The notes under the pieces are model-generated. The model saw only the letters and a program-made list of their open reading frames with translations, had not been told where the DNA came from and did no database searches. This document shows positions 13,956 to 18,084 of a stretch of 18,084 nucleotides of DNA, piece by piece (the first letter of the stretch is position 1; the number at the start of each line of letters is the position of its first letter). The stretch spans positions 1-18,084 of IMG/VR virus record IMGVR_UViG_3300045988_008799. The stretch is one strand, 5' to 3'. This stretch comes from a virus. The position numbers were made by a program, and so were the translations under genes.

Positions 13956-15170
13956 ATGGTAGACGTGCAAGCATGGTTGGAACGGACCCAAAACCAATAT
14001 TGGGACATGGATGGTAGTTATGGCGCCCAATGCTGGGACTTGTGGGCGAAATACTGCATGGATAATTACAATCTGTCATTAGGTGATTGCATCACCCCGA
14101 CGGGCTACGCGGAGGGCAATTACACCATGTTTCCCACCACGGCGGCGGTGGGGCGCGTGTTCGAGAGGAAGGACGCCGATTATACGCCCGGCATGGGCGA
14201 CGTGGTGTTTTGGACGTTCGGCAGTCGGATCTACACCGGCAGTCACGTGGCTATCGTATGGGGTGGCATCCAGGGGGACAATATCGATGTTCTGACGCAG
14301 AACCCGACGCCTGCCGTTCACCAGTTGTTACCGCTTATGAAGGGTTCGCAGCTACTCGGCTATCTGCATCCCACGGCATTGCCGGAACCGCCGGAATCCG
14401 GCGATAATCCGACCGGCGGCAATAATCCGGGCGTGGGTGTGGATGGCGATATCTCCGCGTGGATACAATTGCAGGGTGATAATCTCATTTATCACAGTGG
14501 CTCGGGCACGACGTCATCCCAAGCCGTTTTCTACAAGGCGAGCGCCCAAACGTGGGTGTATCGCGGTGCCAAGGGTCAGCCGGACGCCGACCAGGGGCAG
14601 GGCACGCCGAGCGTGGGCGATGGGGAAAGCTCCTACGCGCTTTACGTCATCGGTACCGTTGAATCATCGTTGCGTTGGGATGCCGTCGAGTCCAATGGTC
14701 AGGGTATCGGTATCGCGCAATGGAGTTTCGGCAGGCGTTTGCAGGTGTTGAACGCGATGAAGGCGGTGGACGCCGTAGGGTATGAGGCGTTTGCCGCCGC
14801 CGCGCCAGGCATCGCCGCGCTTATGGAGTCGGGTGGCACGTTCGACAGGGCGATGACCGGTAGTGAGGTTGCGGCGTTCCGGACGTGGGCGCGGCGTGCG
14901 GAATCTCGGCAGGGGCAGCGGGACCGGTTTGCGGAGGATTATGAGGGTTACCCGCAGACGTATGATGATGCGAAGATGCAGATATTATGGACGTGCGCCT
15001 ATCATCAAAGTCCGGCGGGCGCGTTGAACGTGCCGCATGCCTCGACCCTTGCGCAATTGTATGGCAATATCCTCGGTACGTCCCCGTTCGGGTCGTATGG
15101 GACGCGCTATAATACCGCCTATTCGTTGTTGAATGTGTGGGATGGCGTCAGTGCGCCGCCGAATTTCTGA
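13956..15170 (+). CDS. Tail-associated peptidoglycan hydrolase (404 aa): N-terminal CHAP peptidase plus C-terminal lytic-transglycosylase/lysozyme-like domain (gp13 analogue)
   Basis: CHAP signature: YGAQCWDL (Cys codon at 14031) and GSHVAIVW (His near 14244). A Pro/Gly linker follows. The C-terminal GTVESSLRWDAVESNGQGIGIAQW resembles the SLT E-S...G-hydrophobic-x-Q motif. The position matches phi29 gp13. Confidence 0.8.
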   Translation: MVDVQAWLERTQNQYWDMDGSYGAQCWDLWAKYCMDNYNLSLGDCITPTGYAEGNYTMFPTTAAVGRVFERKDADYTPGMGDVVFWTFGSRIYTGSHVAIVWGGIQGDNIDVLTQNPTPAVHQLLPLMKGSQLLGYLHPTALPEPPESGDNPTGGNNPGVGVDGDISAWIQLQGDNLIYHSGSGTTSSQAVFYKASAQTWVYRGAKGQPDADQGQGTPSVGDGESSYALYVIGTVESSLRWDAVESNGQGIGIAQWSFGRRLQVLNAMKAVDAVGYEAFAAAAPGIAALMESGGTFDRAMTGSEVAAFRTWARRAESRQGQRDRFAEDYEGYPQTYDDAKMQILWTCAYHQSPAGALNVPHASTLAQLYGNILGTSPFGSYGTRYNTAYSLLNVWDGVSAPPNF

Positions 15171-15185
15171 CATCATGGTGAACCG

Positions 15186-16328
15186 GTGGATATCTACCGG
15201 TTGTCGCTATTGTATGGTAGTGTGGATGATATGGAGAGGCTGTTAGGCGAAGGCGATTACTATGATTATGGGCGCGTGTTGTCCTATCACGCGCCTTGGA
15301 TGTTCGTCATCGGCGCGCGCGGCCTCGGTAAGACCTATGGCGCTAAGAAACTGGTCATCGGTGACTGGATTAAAAAACGCTGGCAGTTCATCTACCTACG
15401 CCGGACGGCGGAGGAGCAGAAGAACAAGGGCACATGGTTCGCGGATATTGCCGAACAGTACCCCGACCTGGAGTTTCGGGTGTCCGGCAATCAGGCGGAA
15501 TGCCATTGGTTGGATGACAGGGACGCCATCATCGACAAGCATGGCAGGAAACGCCCGACATGGCATGTCATGGGGTATTTTATCGCACTGTCGCAGGCCG
15601 GACAGGTCAAATCGGTGGCCTACCCCAAGGTACGCACGATGATTTTTGACGAAATATTCCCCGACAACATGCGTTATCTCGGCGGAGAGGTCACGGCGCT
15701 GGAGGAATTCTACAATACGGTGGACCGTTGGAATGATAGGGTGAGGGTTATCATGTGCAGCAATGCCGTAACCCTCGCTAACCCGTATTTTAGCGCGTTC
15801 AATATCAACCTGAAACCACAATTGGATAATCACACGCAATACCAACGGTATTGCGATGGGTTTATTATGGTGGAACTGGCGGATTATGGCGGGTTCAGCG
15901 CCAAAGTCGCAACGTCGAAATTCGGACGATTTTTACGCAAATATGATGAGAATTATGCGAATTATGCAATCGATAATGATTTTAGGGATAACGCTGATAC
16001 TCTCATCAGTGATTTTAACAACGCCGGTTATGCATTCACGTTAAGAACCACGGAATACGGTATTTTCAACGTATACCAGCAATTAAGCGACACCGATGAA
16101 GTATTGTACATCATCACTAAGAAACAGCCTAAAATCACACGTGATTTTACGTTTGATTATCGACTGGTCGATAATGATTGCATGATGCTCAAACGTTCCG
16201 ATGATATGACGCAGAAAATATTAAACGCCTATCGCGTCGGACGGTTACGGTTCGAAACACCGCAGATCAAAGCGGAATTCAGTATGATTCTTGGCGGCTT
16301 GTTACAACAATCAGGCATAAGAAAGTGA
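15186..16328 (+). CDS. DNA packaging (encapsidation) ATPase, phi29 gp16-like (380 aa from GTG; 365 aa if ATG 15231)
   Basis: LSYHAPWMFVIGARGLGKTYG (Walker A, 15312..15335) versus gp16 LSYDRILNFVIGARGIGKSY. RTMIFDEI (Walker B, D/E at 15648..15653) versus STIVFDEF. VRVIMCSNAVTLANPYF versus VRCICLSNAVSVVNPYF. Confidence 0.93.
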   Translation: MDIYRLSLLYGSVDDMERLLGEGDYYDYGRVLSYHAPWMFVIGARGLGKTYGAKKLVIGDWIKKRWQFIYLRRTAEEQKNKGTWFADIAEQYPDLEFRVSGNQAECHWLDDRDAIIDKHGRKRPTWHVMGYFIALSQAGQVKSVAYPKVRTMIFDEIFPDNMRYLGGEVTALEEFYNTVDRWNDRVRVIMCSNAVTLANPYFSAFNINLKPQLDNHTQYQRYCDGFIMVELADYGGFSAKVATSKFGRFLRKYDENYANYAIDNDFRDNADTLISDFNNAGYAFTLRTTEYGIFNVYQQLSDTDEVLYIITKKQPKITRDFTFDYRLVDNDCMMLKRSDDMTQKILNAYRVGRLRFETPQIKAEFSMILGGLLQQSGIRK

Positions 16329-16335
16329 GGAATCA

Positions 16336-16722
16336 ATGATGGAAACCTTATTTTACGAAATTCTAGCCGTATTCGTGTTCATTATTATGGACTATATTAC
16401 CGGCGTCATCAACGCAGTAATGCACGGCAAACTGTCCAGCACGAAAATGCGGGAAGGACTGGGGCATAAATTCGCGTATCTTTGCGTGTTTTTCGTTGCG
16501 TGGTTCATCGACTTTGAAATGGGCCACATCGACATTGGTTTCCATACCACGTTAACGCCGCTCGTTACCGTGGGTATCGTGCTGATCGAGTTGTCCAGCA
16601 TCATCGAAAATATCGGCAAAATCAATCCCGAGCTGGCAGAAGCAAAGTTCATGAAAATTTTCACCGAATGTCACAAGGAGGATGATGGCAATGGCGATAC
16701 GGACACCACCGGAGGCCGTTGA
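16336..16722 (+). CDS. Holin (128 aa), Phage_holin_4_1 / TcdE-like
   Basis: Three hydrophobic segments plus the family pattern DYITGV..A.....L.S.....G...K and IELSSIIENIGK, followed by a charged C-terminal tail. Confidence 0.8.
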   Translation: MMETLFYEILAVFVFIIMDYITGVINAVMHGKLSSTKMREGLGHKFAYLCVFFVAWFIDFEMGHIDIGFHTTLTPLVTVGIVLIELSSIIENIGKINPELAEAKFMKIFTECHKEDDGNGDTDTTGGR

Positions 16723-17485
16723 TTACGCGCGGTCAGTCCTCAATGCAGGCTATAACGGATACTGTTTGGCGCACGTCCAAGACGCCTACGGGGCGGAACC
16801 GCGATACGCCAGTGCAATAGCCGCATGGAACGGATGCAGCGAACCACACCCCACAAGCGACCTAGCGTCCACACCATACGGCGCGCCCATTTACTTCTCG
16901 CAACCCGGCAACCCCTATGGGCACATCGCGTTGCACCTTAATGGCGATATGATGTACACCACCGATAGCAGCGTCGGGCATCCCCACGAGGATAGCATAT
17001 CCAAGTGGATACGCCAATATGGATATGTGCCGCTCGGATGGAGCGGCGACATAGAAAACCAACCGATCCCAGAATTAGGAGATGATGACATGCCAACCGC
17101 AAATGAAATCGCTGAAGCCGTATGGAACTTCAATCAGAACGGCGTCAAAATGCGCGACCGCGTACAGGGTATCGACGGAGCCGCAAACAGCGCGAACAAT
17201 GAAATTCACCGCTTAAGCACGTGGGATAATAAAACCCACGCATCCAATATGGGCAATTTGCTCACCGAACAACCCGTAAAATACAACGGCACAACCGCAA
17301 AGCTCGGGGATAGAATCGGATATATCGACGCCCATACGCATACCATGGAAGCGCAAATTACCGCGCTCACCGAAGCCGTGAAAACCCTAGCCGCCAATCA
17401 GGGTGCCGACCCGGACAAAATCGCGGCAATCGTAGAACAGGCCGTGAAAGAAAAACTGGAATCACTCACCATCACAGTAGAGTGA
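16682..17485 (+). CDS. Endolysin candidate (about 264-267 aa): N-terminal NlpC/P60- or CHAP-like cysteine peptidase plus an uncharacterised C-terminal half
   Basis: aaggagg (16675..16681) is followed by ATGs at 16682/16685/16691. Catalytic-type Cys in NGYCLAHVQDAYG (near 16763) and His in YGHIALHL (near 16922). The gene lies adjacent to the holin and overlaps its 3' end. Confidence 0.65.
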   Translation: MMAMAIRTPPEAVDYARSVLNAGYNGYCLAHVQDAYGAEPRYASAIAAWNGCSEPHPTSDLASTPYGAPIYFSQPGNPYGHIALHLNGDMMYTTDSSVGHPHEDSISKWIRQYGYVPLGWSGDIENQPIPELGDDDMPTANEIAEAVWNFNQNGVKMRDRVQGIDGAANSANNEIHRLSTWDNKTHASNMGNLLTEQPVKYNGTTAKLGDRIGYIDAHTHTMEAQITALTEAVKTLAANQGADPDKIAAIVEQAVKEKLESLTITVE

Positions 17486-17500
17486 CACCATAGCATGAAC

Positions 17501-17530
17501 AAGCCCCGCAGATCGCGGGGCTTATTTATT
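17501..17530. terminator. Rho-independent, bidirectional terminator
   Basis: aagccccgc (17501..17509) pairs with gcggggctt (17515..17523), with loop agatc. It is followed by atttatt on the + strand and preceded by an A/T run for the - strand. It lies 16 nt after the endolysin stop and abuts the stop of the convergent ORF. Confidence 0.8.
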
Positions 17531-17704
17531 GAGGGGCCACTTATCAAGCAGAATCACCGCATACAAGCAACGAATCTCACCGTCAACCTCATATTCATCC
17601 CTGAGCTCATACTCAAAACCAAACGAAACGAACGTAGCCACGAACAATCCCAACGCTTCACCTGCACTAGAAGCATCCTCGACTACCCAAGAAACGTCAC
17701 CCAT
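17522..17704 (-). CDS. Hypothetical small acidic protein (60 aa; 71 aa if GTG 17737), transcribed inward from the right end
   Basis: This is the only plausible minus-strand ORF. It ends at the bidirectional terminator and lies downstream of the right ITR in the same relative position as ORF 305..664 at the left end. The RBS is weak. Confidence 0.4.
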   Translation of the reverse strand: MGDVSWVVEDASSAGEALGLFVATFVSFGFEYELRDEYEVDGEIRCLYAVILLDKWPLNK

Positions 17705-17813
17705 CCTGACATGATAGCAAGAAGACACTTCACGCACTTCTTCCGAAACTCAGATTACAACGTTCATAACAACCACCATCCTATCCGTTCCCATTGGCTG
17801 ATAATTCCATACC

Positions 17814-18084
17814 ACCATGCCCCAAACACGACACGCCAGGCAAACAAAAAACACGATAAAACCACGCACTTAGATCATCGACAAAACAACACACTTAGAC
17901 TACGGGACAAAAACAACACGCGGAACTGACAACAGCAAAGAACGCAGCAAAACGGGAAGCACAGAAAACAATAGCAAACAACATAGAAGGAACGGCAATG
18001 AAAAACACAGAGAGCAACAACAATATAAAACACAGGATAGAGCAGTTATAGGAAAAGGATAGCTGCTGGGGCCCCTCCCCTCCT
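17814..18084. repeat. Right inverted terminal repeat, perfect 271-bp copy
   Basis: Reverse complement is identical to 1..271. Degenerate similarity continues inward to about 17770 (5 substitutions plus a 1-nt indel). Confidence 0.97.

Larger units (their letters stand above)
1..18084. other. Complete linear phage genome (phi29-like, protein-primed replication), bounded by ITRs
   Basis: Perfect ITRs touch both window edges. The content includes a terminal-protein candidate plus protein-primed PolB, and a full phi29-order virion, packaging and lysis gene set. Confidence 0.85.

Noticed and set aside
17495-17929. 144-aa + strand ORF at the right end
   Set aside because: It starts before and runs through the strong terminator hairpin and continues into the ITR. 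Its His/Asn/Thr/Arg-rich product reflects the A/C-rich strand composition.
1-18084. Terminal inverted repeats interpreted as a transposon or IS element
   Set aside because: There is no transposase or integrase. The content is a full virion, packaging and lysis set plus a protein-primed PolB, so the ITRs are replication origins of a linear genome.
1-18084. CRISPR arrays, rRNA genes, integrase/attP or lysogeny module
   Set aside because: None seen. There are no regularly spaced direct repeats, no recombinase or repressor-like ORFs, and the genome looks strictly lytic.

Overview
The window appears to be a complete linear dsDNA genome of a small phi29-like, protein-primed podophage. Perfect 271-bp inverted terminal repeats (ITRs) reach both window edges. 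Left to right, almost entirely on the + strand: (1) a low-GC, T/G-skewed left end with one small ORF, a tRNA-Gln(UUG) and a 190-nt gap; (2) an early/replication block of five small ORFs, an SSB-like protein, an Arg-rich terminal-protein candidate and a family-B protein-primed DNA polymerase; (3) a 180-nt structured non-coding spacer; (4) a phi29-syntenic morphogenesis block with an acidic scaffold candidate, a major capsid protein with C-terminal Ig-like domains, a gp9-like tail knob, a gp10-like portal, a gp11-like lower collar, three appendage or fibre proteins, a CHAP plus transglycosylase tail lysin and a gp16-like packaging ATPase; (5) holin and a cysteine-peptidase endolysin; (6) a strong bidirectional terminator and one small convergent ORF driven from the right ITR side. 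The points most worth follow-up are these. The polymerase N-terminal domain is shortened and I cannot find the ExoI/II/III catalytic signatures in it. The termini carry reiterated AGG/AGGGG. The ITRs are long and strand-skewed, with internal direct repeats. A tRNA sits in an 18-kb genome. No packaging RNA is obvious, though there are candidate structured loci. Two receptor-binding-type proteins share an N-terminal adaptor. GC drops sharply from the 3' half of the ATPase gene through the lysis genes. Protein-family calls rest on by-eye motif recognition and remembered phi29 sequences, since no searches could be run. The host is unknown; a high-GC Gram-positive is only an inference.
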